A DNA stretch of 64,000 nucleotides, from contig CBDBFU010000027.1 in NCBI GenBank assembly GCA_965205025.1, forward strand, positions 70,294 through 134,293, written 5' to 3'. Source of the stretch: Candidatus Poribacteria bacterium (lineage in GTDB: Bacteria; Poribacteria; WGA-4E; WGA-3G). A program made the translations under genes and the position numbers. Below are positions 22,598 through 32,425 of the stretch, piece by piece; the first letter of the stretch is position 1, and each line of letters opens with the position of its first letter. The notes beneath the pieces were generated by a model, which ran no database searches, had not been told where the DNA came from, and saw only the letters and a list, made by a program, of their open reading frames with translations.

Positions 22598-23374
22598 CTA
22601 TTTTCCCATCTCCTTTAGTGCTTTTAAGCAACGTTCCACCGCTTCTAATGGTGGATAGGCATCACTTTCATATTCCACAATATACCACTGAGTACCACCT
22701 GTCGTTTCGCATATCTGGAATATCTCTGACCACGGCACACTATCTTCACCGATGATAGGACGGAATGCGTTGTGTCCATCATCTTCATTATCTGAGATCG
22801 TATAAGGTTTTAGGTGTACGGTTCCACCCCGACCGGGATACTTTTTAAGTATTTCAACAAGATCCGCACCACCAGACATAGCATTCCCCATGTCCAACTG
22901 CATTACAACACCTTCGTTTGTATTTCCAAAGAACGTATCCCACGGGATTTCTCCATCCAACGGAGTGAATTCAACGTGGTGGTTATGGTAACCTGTTACC
23001 ATACCGTGTGGAGCAAGTTTGTCAGCAAGATCATTAAAGAAATCTGCTAATTTCAACCAATCTGCCCGAGATTGACGAAGTTCACCTGGTATACCTGGGA
23101 TAATTATATACCGGTTTTCCAGAATTTTGTTGAATTCTATAGTATCCTCAAGAGCATCTTCTTGCACCATATTAAAGGGTGTATGCCACCCACAACAGAC
23201 TAAATCGAATTCGTCCAGATATCCTTTCAACTCTTCTGCTGAATGCTGCGGTGGACCCGCGAATTCCACTCCTTCATAACCCATTTCTGCAACAGCTTTT
23301 ATAGTGCCACGGGCATCTTCTGATAACTCATTGCGAACCGAAAATAACTCTAAACCAATTGGTACTCTTGCCAT
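22598..23374 (-). CDS. Sugar phosphate isomerase/epimerase (xylose-isomerase-like TIM barrel)
   Basis: GYEGVEFAG, YHNHHVEF, QLDMGN, HLK, WYIVEYE. Confidence 0.85.
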   Translation of the reverse strand: MARVPIGLELFSVRNELSEDARGTIKAVAEMGYEGVEFAGPPQHSAEELKGYLDEFDLVCCGWHTPFNMVQEDALEDTIEFNKILENRYIIIPGIPGELRQSRADWLKLADFFNDLADKLAPHGMVTGYHNHHVEFTPLDGEIPWDTFFGNTNEGVVMQLDMGNAMSGGADLVEILKKYPGRGGTVHLKPYTISDNEDDGHNAFRPIIGEDSVPWSEIFQICETTGGTQWYIVEYESDAYPPLEAVERCLKALKEMGK

Positions 23375-23442
23375 AATTCACCTTTCATTTTAATTTCTGA
23401 TAAAACCATTTCAATCAATTGCTTGTTAATATTGTTGAAAAC

Positions 23443-24876
23443 CTATCGTGCAGTGTAATTTGGTGGTAAAGGACAACTGTTTGAGGATGTTTTATACATT
23501 TCTACCAATGCAGCTCTTGCCAAACCGTGTATCAAGAATGCAGGACCAATTTGTGAATCATACCAGTCAATTCCTGATGCTCCATAAGGGAGGGTTTTGG
23601 GAAAATAGATATCCAATGCCGTTTGTGATAGTTTTGTTGCACCTTCTAACCATTTAGATTCATCGGTGATATCGTATAGATCAGTAAGGAGTTCAAGTGC
23701 TAATCCTATATCTGATGCAGGTATTTTAAATTCTTCTGCTTGAACACGAGCAACGGGAAAGTCCTCATCAAGATAGGTTTCACCAATCGCACGGGCAAAA
23801 TCCATGAATCTTTCATCCCGTGTTAATCGCCAGCCACCGAGACATAACACACCAGTACTGCATGAAGTTCCCGCACCATATACACTTCCCCAGACAGACA
23901 TGTTTTCCACCACACGGTCTGTTCCGCTTTGGCATAAACTAACGAAAACACGTTCTTCAAGGTCATGCGGGGCATTGAAAAAACCATCAATATAAACCGA
24001 ACCGTATTGGATCATCTTATCTGCTAAGTCTGGTAGGTATGATTCAATCAACTCAGCAGATTCCAATAAGCTTATTCCTAACGAGAGTGTTTGGGTAGGA
24101 GCATTGTTTTCATAGAAACGTTCATCCTCTGTAGGAGAACGACTTTCAATGAGGAGGAGTCCTTCTTCATCTCTTTTCTCCCACCAATATTCGAGGTAAT
24201 TCTCTATCTGTTGCAGTGTTTCAGAACGCTGGGCTTGTGCATAGGCAAACGATAGATCGAAGATATAAAATCCTGAATGGCGAGGAAAATCACATGAACG
24301 ACCACCACGTTCAAGTTGTGCATCAATCTCTATATTTGCATGACGGATATATTCAAATCCTTCACCGTCAGTCCAGTGATAATCCAGTCCATCTGCAAAA
24401 CTTTGGATACATGCTCGATTATATTGATATAACTTTAGCCATAACCAGTGTGGAACCTGTCGAAGATGGTCATGGATTGCTGTACCTCCATCCGGGTTTC
24501 GTGAACACCCGACCCGTTCTTCCACGACCTGCCAAAATGAGTGTTCTCCCCAAGGAAACAATCCTGTAGTCGTACTTGTACAATTTCTCGCAAAATGGTT
24601 TAAGTAACGATCAACTGCATAGGCGTATACCGGATTGGACTGGCTTTCAGCAAATGCGATCATCGTTTGGAGTAGGGGTTCATCGTGAATTAAATTACAC
24701 CCAAGATGAGCGCGATCACCATCTCTTTGACCCGGAATCTTCGGTGGTTTATCCATCAACATCTCACCCGTTTCAGGATCAAGAATAGATGGAAATAATC
24801 CTTTGTATTGTGTACTACGTTCGATCATGAGATCTATTGCATTGCAGATTTTTGTGATTATTACTTCCGGGTTCAT
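23443..24876 (-). CDS. Hypothetical protein, possibly a helical-barrel carbohydrate lyase-like fold
   Basis: Long ORF with RBS AAGGA; GLFPWGEH recalls PL2 GLxxWGGH (weak). Confidence 0.5.
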   Translation of the reverse strand: MNPEVIITKICNAIDLMIERSTQYKGLFPSILDPETGEMLMDKPPKIPGQRDGDRAHLGCNLIHDEPLLQTMIAFAESQSNPVYAYAVDRYLNHFARNCTSTTTGLFPWGEHSFWQVVEERVGCSRNPDGGTAIHDHLRQVPHWLWLKLYQYNRACIQSFADGLDYHWTDGEGFEYIRHANIEIDAQLERGGRSCDFPRHSGFYIFDLSFAYAQAQRSETLQQIENYLEYWWEKRDEEGLLLIESRSPTEDERFYENNAPTQTLSLGISLLESAELIESYLPDLADKMIQYGSVYIDGFFNAPHDLEERVFVSLCQSGTDRVVENMSVWGSVYGAGTSCSTGVLCLGGWRLTRDERFMDFARAIGETYLDEDFPVARVQAEEFKIPASDIGLALELLTDLYDITDESKWLEGATKLSQTALDIYFPKTLPYGASGIDWYDSQIGPAFLIHGLARAALVEMYKTSSNSCPLPPNYTAR

Positions 24877-25106
24877 CAACTGCTTCCTTAATAAACTGGT
24901 GATGTTAACAAGGTATCACAAGAACTATATTTGGTCAAGTCACACATAACAAAGGCAGGGATATTTAGTATTCGATATTTTTAGCTAAAATGTTCACATT
25001 CGTGAATAATCTTTGTAGGTCGGGTAGAGCGGAGCGAAATCAGACATCTTTGGTTCCTGTTATGTTTCGCAAAGTCAACCTAACTTACAAGACAAACTCT
25101 AAGTAA

Positions 25107-25953
25107 CACCATTTCTGGTAATTAAAGTCCCATTACAAAAATCTCTTTAATGTAGCACAAACTTCATAAAGATTAATTTTTTAAATCGGTAATTCTAATT
25201 CCCCCAAACCCGGTAGACGGGGAATGCTATATAGCATTCATACCCGGGGAATGCCATAAGGCATTCATACCGTTGATTCCTTGATTCCTTGAGTCCCATA
25301 TGAAGTTAAAAAAATAAAATAGGTAATTTGGACCCAGAGCTGGTAGGTGCGGTTTCCTAACCGCACTATTAGCGTCAATTTAGGGAAAAAATTGTTATAT
25401 CCCAGGCCGGTAGGTGCGGTTTCCCAACCGCACAATTAGCGTCAATTTTATGATATATTGCTATTGGTTTTGGAATATTGAGTCCAATAGGAACAGAATT
25501 TTCATAGAAGGTGTTATCACCAATATCTCAATCCCCAGCGGGGCGAAATGTGTGTAGTAAACGTACAACCCCCTAAACACTAAACCCCAGCGGGGTGAAA
25601 GGTGTTCCTAAATTGACGCCTATGGTGCGGTTTCCTAACCACACCGGATTCTACAAGAAACTGGAAATTACCCGAATAAATTCTTTAACTTCATTAGGGA
25701 CGGAATGTTTATAGAAAATGTGTGAATATCCTAAGCCCCAGCGGGGCGAAATGTGTGTAGAAAAACGTACTAAACCACTAAACCTAAGCCCCAGCGGGGC
25801 GAAATGTGTATCCTTAGCTTAAATTGACGCTTATGGGGCAGGGTTTCCCACCCGTATATTACCGAATTATTATTTTAATCCTCATCCAGTTTGTGTAGTA
25901 TTTCAAGATATAAATATCACCTAATCATGGGATAATCATTTATAGAAATGGTA
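25107..25953. mobile_element. Nested stack of non-autonomous elements and REPs
   Basis: Outer CACC...GGTA; ATAAAG...CTCAT 25166..25885; ATGAAG...CTTCAT 25300..25694; IS4-type ends at 25367/25434 and 25624. Confidence 0.8.
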
Positions 25954-26192
25954 TTATTCTTCACTACTATAATATTGACAATTCCATTTCAGAGGGTAAC
26001 TAAGAATCTAATGATAAGTCTATTTTTTGGAGTTTTCTATATCTAAAATACCGTACTCCAGCGGAGTACTATGTCTATAGAAAACAATATCGGAACAATC
26101 TGGCACTCCAGCGGAGTGCTATGTCCCAATACACTTCGTATGAAAAACATATAAGTACTTAATCCACACTTAAGTTAAAATATAATTAACGA

Positions 26193-26370
26193 ATGTGATT
26201 CACGGAGAAATGGTCTACTTTAAATTATAAACCCTTATAGAATAAGGCTTCGTAAAATTGCTCCGTGAAGGTTTCCGTGAAAGTGTAAACATTTCAAGAC
26301 GATAGATATTAACACTTTTTTACATTCACATTATCCATTCATCCAACACAATTAGGAGTTCGATCTCACT
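26193..26370 (+). repeat. Conserved ~177-bp non-coding element, copy 1 (copy 2 at 45581..45756)
   Basis: ATGTGATTCACGGAGA...TTTAAATTATAAACCCTTAYAGAATAAGG...CTCCGTGAAGGTTTCCGTGAAAGTG...ATCTCACT in both copies. Confidence 0.8.
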
Positions 26371-26380
26371 CCAAATACCA

Positions 26381-26409
26381 TTGACAAACACACTTCTAAA
26401 TTGTATAAT
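26381..26409 (+). promoter_or_regulatory. Consensus sigma70 promoter
   Basis: TTGACA-17 bp-TATAAT. Confidence 0.75.
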
Positions 26410-26449
26410 CAGTTTTAGGTCAGATTAAGGATTAGAGTCAAATCCCGGC

Positions 26450-26874
26450 ATGAACACAGTTATTGAAATATCGAGTTTACCACAGTATATAGATGAAATA
26501 GAACAGATTACTGATTCTGGTGTCAGTTATCTCTATCGTGGTCAAGAAAATGCAGATTGGCAAGTTACAAGCAGTGCATATCGTCGTTTGAAAAAGCAAT
26601 CTGATAGTGATTTAGGCCGGTTAGAAATTCAGTCTACTCCTGATACAAGTTTATTCGATATACAAACTGATGTTGGGGCAGGTTCATTGCAAAAACCCAC
26701 AGATGCCGAAACAGATATAGCTACAGATCTATTCCTTGCTTATTTAAAACAGATTTAGGAATTACAGAAAGAACACTTTTCTCTGATATACTCGGCTATT
26801 TTGAAAGAAACACACACGCACATCCATACAATCTTTCACTTGCCGTGTCTTACTATGGGGAAAACCAACAATGA
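26450..26874 (+). pseudogene. FRG-domain gene with an internal deletion and frameshift
   Basis: N-terminal YLYRGQ...SSAYRRL; the central LQHYG motif is absent; C-terminal LGITERTLFSDILG lies in another frame (26755..26874). Confidence 0.7.
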
Positions 26875-28130
26875 AAGACAGGCAGGCAAATACAGACAAA
26901 CGTTATTACAACTACTTTCAACGTGCGAATGTAAGGTTGGCTTCAAAAAAACACGACGAAGCCATTGAAGATTATAATAAATCCATTGAACTGAAGCCTG
27001 ATTATGCCAGATCCTATAAAAATCGAGGACTTGCATATTTCACTATTGGTGAGTTTGACTGTGCCATAGCAGATTTCAACAAGTCGTTAGAACTGGATGC
27101 CGACAATGCTCATGTTTATACAAATCGTGCAATTGTCTATACTCACAAAAAGGAATTTGCCAAAGCAATAGAGGATTTCAATAGGGCAATTGAGATAAAA
27201 CCGACTCTTTCGGATGCATTCAATGGTCGAGGGTTAACATACCGTATGATGGGAGAGAAAGAACTTGCAATAAAGGACTTTGATACCGCTATTGAGCTGA
27301 GACCCGATCATGCAATACCTTACAATAATCGTGCTATAGCATATCGAAATATAGGTGAAATTGATAAAGCACTTGAAGATATAACTAAAGCAATAGAACT
27401 TCATCCGAATTTCGCTGAAGCATACAATAATCGTGGAAACGCCTATGTTCAGAAGGGCATAACCAATCTTGCGATCAACGATTTTACTAAAGCTATCATC
27501 TTGAATCCTGACAGGGCAGAACCATATTGCAATCGTGGGGTAGTTTACGAAAGAATGGGTGATCATAATGACGCTATTAAGGATTATGAACATGCCATTG
27601 CACTTGATGACAGTTATGCTGAAGCGTATAATAATCTGGGAGTAGTTTATAATAGATTAGATGAATTTGATAAAGCTATTAATAACTTTACGACTGCAAT
27701 AACGTTAAAAGCAGATTTAGCAACGGCTTATGCAGGTCGAGGCTATGCATATTGGAAAAAAGATAATGAAAAGTTGGCGATGCAGGACTATGAAAAAGCA
27801 ATAGATATCAAACCAGATTTCGCTGAGGTTTTTTATAATCGAGGTATTGTTTACCTATTAAAGGCAGACACTAAAAATGCCATGTCTAATTTTAACAAAG
27901 CAATAGAATACAAACCTGATTTTGGCGAAGCCTATTATAACCGTGCATTCGTCTGGTCACACATGCAGGATTGGGAAAAGGCAAAATTAGACTTAAATGT
28001 AGCAAAGATTATTGGGAAAGACAACTTCACTTCTACAATAAATGCTGATAGATACATTGCAAATATTGAGCAAAAACATATCACCCTACCAGAAGACATC
28101 GCAGAAATGCTAACCTCACCACAGTTATAG
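26871..28130 (+). CDS. Tetratricopeptide repeat protein (~11 TPRs)
   Basis: Repeated AYNNRG...AI.DF.KAI.L.P at 34-aa period; ATGA overlap with the FRG stop. Confidence 0.92.
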   Translation: MKDRQANTDKRYYNYFQRANVRLASKKHDEAIEDYNKSIELKPDYARSYKNRGLAYFTIGEFDCAIADFNKSLELDADNAHVYTNRAIVYTHKKEFAKAIEDFNRAIEIKPTLSDAFNGRGLTYRMMGEKELAIKDFDTAIELRPDHAIPYNNRAIAYRNIGEIDKALEDITKAIELHPNFAEAYNNRGNAYVQKGITNLAINDFTKAIILNPDRAEPYCNRGVVYERMGDHNDAIKDYEHAIALDDSYAEAYNNLGVVYNRLDEFDKAINNFTTAITLKADLATAYAGRGYAYWKKDNEKLAMQDYEKAIDIKPDFAEVFYNRGIVYLLKADTKNAMSNFNKAIEYKPDFGEAYYNRAFVWSHMQDWEKAKLDLNVAKIIGKDNFTSTINADRYIANIEQKHITLPEDIAEMLTSPQL

Positions 28131-28365
28131 TGGACTAATGAGGAGTCAGGAACTACACTAAAATTGCCCCTAATTTTATCTCACACTGAATCATCACCAT
28201 CTTCTGAAACAACCTCCGCATCCTGCATATTTGGAATCTACAAGCAACTCAATATCCATATCTCTGAATTCTCTTGCAGTGTAAAGTCTTGTAGTCTATA
28301 ATCAAAATATCACCGAAGTACCATCAGATATATATCGTAATAAATGCATATTGTTAGGAGGACGC

Positions 28366-29170
28366 ATGCAAGTTGGTCTTATGGAGGGTACAATTCGACG
28401 CAAAACACTGGAGACTACGTTTGATGCTATTGCAAAACACGGGGTTCATCATTTACAGTATCATGTCTCTGCATCTGGACCATTACCTGCAGAAATTCGG
28501 AAACTGATCGATACCCGTGGGATACAGATCTCTGCACTTTCTGGTACATACAACATGATTGACCCTGATGTGCAAAAACGTCATCAAGGTTTGAAAATGT
28601 TGCGTTATGTTGCTGAACAGTGTGAACCTTTGGGAACATCTGTAATTACCTTATGCACCGGTTCACGTGACCCTAAAAGTATGTGGCGTACACACCCAGA
28701 TAACAACACTCCTGAAGCGTGGCAAGATATGGTGGAATCTATGGAGCAGGCACTTCAAGTTGCTGAGGAATATAATGTGACATTAGCATTTGAACCTGAA
28801 GTCTCAAATGTCGTTGATTCAGCTAAGAAAGCGCGTCGACTCCTTGATGAAATGCAGACTCCATATCTGAAAGTGGTGATGGATGCGGCAAATATATTCC
28901 ATAAAGGTGAACTTCCGAAGATGCGTGAAATACTGGATGAGGCGTTCGATTTGTTAGGTGAGGATATTGCACTGGCACACGCTAAGGATTTGGATCAGGA
29001 TGGACAAGGCTGGACACCTCGCTGCAGGGACAGGTTTGCTGGATTACGATCAATATATCGGTTTGTTACACAAATGTGGATATGAAGGAGCAGTCGTTCT
29101 ACATGGACTCTCTGAGGAGCAGGTGGGTTTTTGTTGTAATTTCTTACGGGAAAAAATAGATGCATTGTAG
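28366..29170 (+). CDS. Sugar phosphate isomerase/epimerase, split by a one-base frameshift near 29005
   Basis: RBS AGGAGG; AFEPE, VMDAAN, AHAKD, then GHLAAGTGLLDY...VVLHG in the second frame. Confidence 0.8.
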
Positions 29171-29255
29171 AAAATTGTATGCAAGGATACATTTAGGATG
29201 GTCTTTACATTTTACTAAGACACTCGTACTCAACATTCTTAAAGGAGAACACAAT

Positions 29256-30629
29256 ATGATAACATTAGCACAAACTGAAGATCGTATTAGACCTTTATAT
29301 ATTGACGGATATACAGATCAGTTGAGTTATGCCCCTGGTGAGGAAATTGCATTTAATGTTTCCACAAGCGCTGGAAGCTACTCTATTGAGATTGCAAGGA
29401 TTGGTGCGACGCGTGAGGTAGTACATACACAATCGGATATCCCCGGTGAAGCGCAACCCATTCCAATCAATGCGTCATCACACGGATGTGGATGGACACC
29501 AACCTTTACCCTTGAAGTGCCAGATACATGGGAAAGTGGTTTCTATGTGGGAACACTTCGAGCATCGGATGGTGGAGCTGATATCATATATAGAAATCAT
29601 CGTTCAGCAGAGAGTTCTTTGCACTTCATCGTACGTGCAGCCAATCCCGGCGCGAAGACACCTATCCTGCTTCAACTCTCTACCAACACCTATAACGCTT
29701 ATAACAATTGGGGAGGGTTTAGTCTGTATGGGTATCACGGACAGAATACGCTACAGGGAAATCGAGTTTCATTTAATAGACCCGGTGGTGGAATGTTCAC
29801 TACATGGGAATATCCTTTTGTTGTTTGGGCAGAGCAGAATGGGTATACACTTGATTACGCCGCAAATAGTGATTTAGAGTTTCATCCAGAGATATTAGAA
29901 CATTATAAGCTTGTTTTGAGTGTTGGTCATGATGAATATTGGTCTGCACCGATGCGGGACAATCTTGAGGCATATATTGCAAATGGTGGTAACGCTGCCT
30001 TCTTCAGTGGTAATTCAGTGTGTTGGCAGGTGCGTTCAGAAGACGAAGGACGCGCACTTGTTTGTTGGAAACAAAGCTTCAACTTGGATCCAGTTTACAA
30101 AACCGATGACTATAGCACATTGAGTACTTTATGGAGTCATCATTTGGTAAAACGTCCAGAAAACGAATTGACGGGTGTCGGTTTCCTACAAGGTGGTTAT
30201 CACCTGAGTCACGGACAGTTTATGGATGGAGATGGAGCCTATACTGCACATCGTCCAGATCACTGGATATTTGAAGGGACAGATTTATCAAGAGATGAGA
30301 AATTCGGTGGACAGAATACTATCGTTGGGTATGAATGTGATGGATGTGAATTTACACTTGAAGATGGCTTACCTGTTCCGACCTATCAAGATGGAACACC
30401 TGATGGATTCACAATTCTTGCAACTGCCCCTGTCCGTTGGCATCCAGATGATTGCGAATGGTATGAGCATTGGGAACAGGGATATACCGGTGCTGCAACG
30501 ATGGGTATTTATACAAAAGGTGGAACTGTATTTACTGCTGCTACCACGGACTGGTCGCACGGTTTAGCGGGTGGGGATGCTGTCGTTGAACAGATCACAC
30601 ATAATATCTTGAAACGGCTAACACAGTAA
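29256..30629 (+). CDS. N,N-dimethylformamidase beta-subunit-family domain protein
   Basis: NTYNAYNNWGG.SLY, VSFNRP, SVGHDEYWS, FFSGN, GYECD, VFTAATTDW; RBS AAGGAG. Confidence 0.8.
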   Translation: MITLAQTEDRIRPLYIDGYTDQLSYAPGEEIAFNVSTSAGSYSIEIARIGATREVVHTQSDIPGEAQPIPINASSHGCGWTPTFTLEVPDTWESGFYVGTLRASDGGADIIYRNHRSAESSLHFIVRAANPGAKTPILLQLSTNTYNAYNNWGGFSLYGYHGQNTLQGNRVSFNRPGGGMFTTWEYPFVVWAEQNGYTLDYAANSDLEFHPEILEHYKLVLSVGHDEYWSAPMRDNLEAYIANGGNAAFFSGNSVCWQVRSEDEGRALVCWKQSFNLDPVYKTDDYSTLSTLWSHHLVKRPENELTGVGFLQGGYHLSHGQFMDGDGAYTAHRPDHWIFEGTDLSRDEKFGGQNTIVGYECDGCEFTLEDGLPVPTYQDGTPDGFTILATAPVRWHPDDCEWYEHWEQGYTGAATMGIYTKGGTVFTAATTDWSHGLAGGDAVVEQITHNILKRLTQ

Positions 30630-30930
30630 TCCTTCATTGTAAATATCTATGGTAATAAATTGAATTATCTGAATCATGGCTCGCACAGATTACACTAAGA
30701 ATGAGGGTATTGTAAACTACAATAGGCGTCAATACAGTACCTCGTAATGGTAGCTTCGGTTTCCCGGGGAATGCCTTATGGCATTCATACCGTTGATTCA
30801 CCGAAGCGAATTATAAGCTAAGGCTTTCAATCAATAGGATTTGCACAAATCTGGTGCGGTTGGGAAACCACACCATAGGCGTCAATTTAGTGGTTTTCCC
30901 AGGCCGGTAGGTGCGATTTCCTAATCGCAC

Positions 30931-32385
30931 CATAGGCGTCAATTTAGCGGTTTTTTGTAGCATTTTCAAGATATTCCAATGTTGTTTTTCTATTAGCTCT
31001 TCTTTCAATGTAGCACCCGTTTTCGAATACTTGTTTTATCTCATCAAATGTCTCTCTAAGATGTCTCTTTGACTTGCGAAAGCTTATTGTGATTGTGCGT
31101 GTGTAGGACGTAATAAGCTCTACTGTTTTCGATAAACTATGCCGTAAACATCGCCATCCTATGACCAACATCACCCAATGCCGAATGATTGCAGCGATCA
31201 GTTTAGCATATATTTCACATAGAATACGATACGGTTTTTTACTTCGTGATGTGTCTACTTTTCCAAGGCTTTTAAAGCACTTAAATATCAACTCGATCTG
31301 CCATCGAATCCGCGCAATGACACATATCTGTTCAGCGGTGAGTTGATCCGTTCCAATATTTGTAATGTAGATATTCCAACCTGCGAGTTGGAGTCGTGCC
31401 TGTGATGCTTGTGTATGCTTTCGTTTAGCACGATAGTTGATATCTCGTCGTCGTTTTTCGGTTTCTTCTTCGGAGAGTCTCTGAGCTACTAATCTTACTT
31501 TCATCCGCTTTTTTGAACCTATGAAAATATCTGTTTCGATAATGTTTTCGGTCTGAAACTTGAGCCATTTATGTAAACAAAGAGGCTTTCCTGTATTGTC
31601 AAAAACCGAACACCTAACTTTATACCGTGAAATCCAAAAGACCCCTTCGTCCGTAAGTTCTTGAAGGGTTTGTAGCGAAAAATAACCGAGATCCGCAAGG
31701 CGTAAACTCCCTTGGGGGAGCCGGTCAATCTGTTTTTCTACAGTGCTATCAGCGGTGATGCCGTTGGTGAGTTGAAAGTGTTCGAATGTCCCTGTAGCAA
31801 CATCGAAGCGTAGATGGAGTTTCAGTTCGGATTTGTTCGGATAATCCTTTTTACTGGCACCTTCCCAAATATCGTGAAGCGTATCAGGGAGTGTTATCCA
31901 GGAACTATCTTGTATATAGATACCGTTGAACTGTTCAAGGAGTGGGAGAACTTGTGGATCCGCAGAAATCACTTCGGACGCAGCCGCGTCAAGGATTGCT
32001 TTGAGGGTTTGTGCAGCTTCAGCAGTAAATCGTTGTTCAATCGCTTGTCGTGAGATTGGAGTACCGAGAGAAGCAGCAGTATGTGTAAGTTGAGTATAGG
32101 TGGCATCAGGATTTTCTAACCAACTATAAATAAGTGTCTGAGCAAAATGACTCCCCGCAAGTTTTCGATTTCTTTTGCAAAATCCTGTTTCAAGGGCTGC
32201 TTCATCAGCAATGGTTGTTAGAATCTGTTGCATTTTTTCAGGAACCTGTGATAATGTATTCATTGGAAACACCTCTTGTATAAAGTAAAAGGTAATATTT
32301 TTATACATTATATAGGAGGTGTTTTCACTTAACAATAATTATTATTGAAAAATCAGACATCCTTTTTCTAAAATTGACGCCTATA
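30931..32385 (-). mobile_element. IS4-family insertion sequence (IS231-like ends)
   Basis: CATAGGCGTCAATTT ... AAATTGACGCCTAT(A) around the transposase; REP stems on both flanks. Confidence 0.85.
30944..32263 (-). CDS. IS4-family DDE transposase
   Basis: ETGFCKRNRK, IQDSS, LADLGYF, WNIYITN, RWQIELIFK; RBS GAGGTG before ATG 32263. Confidence 0.92.
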   Translation of the reverse strand: MNTLSQVPEKMQQILTTIADEAALETGFCKRNRKLAGSHFAQTLIYSWLENPDATYTQLTHTAASLGTPISRQAIEQRFTAEAAQTLKAILDAAASEVISADPQVLPLLEQFNGIYIQDSSWITLPDTLHDIWEGASKKDYPNKSELKLHLRFDVATGTFEHFQLTNGITADSTVEKQIDRLPQGSLRLADLGYFSLQTLQELTDEGVFWISRYKVRCSVFDNTGKPLCLHKWLKFQTENIIETDIFIGSKKRMKVRLVAQRLSEEETEKRRRDINYRAKRKHTQASQARLQLAGWNIYITNIGTDQLTAEQICVIARIRWQIELIFKCFKSLGKVDTSRSKKPYRILCEIYAKLIAAIIRHWVMLVIGWRCLRHSLSKTVELITSYTRTITISFRKSKRHLRETFDEIKQVFENGCYIERRANRKTTLEYLENATKNR

Positions 32386-32425
32386 GCGCGGTTACAAAAC
32401 GCACCTACCAAGGTGTGTTTACCTG

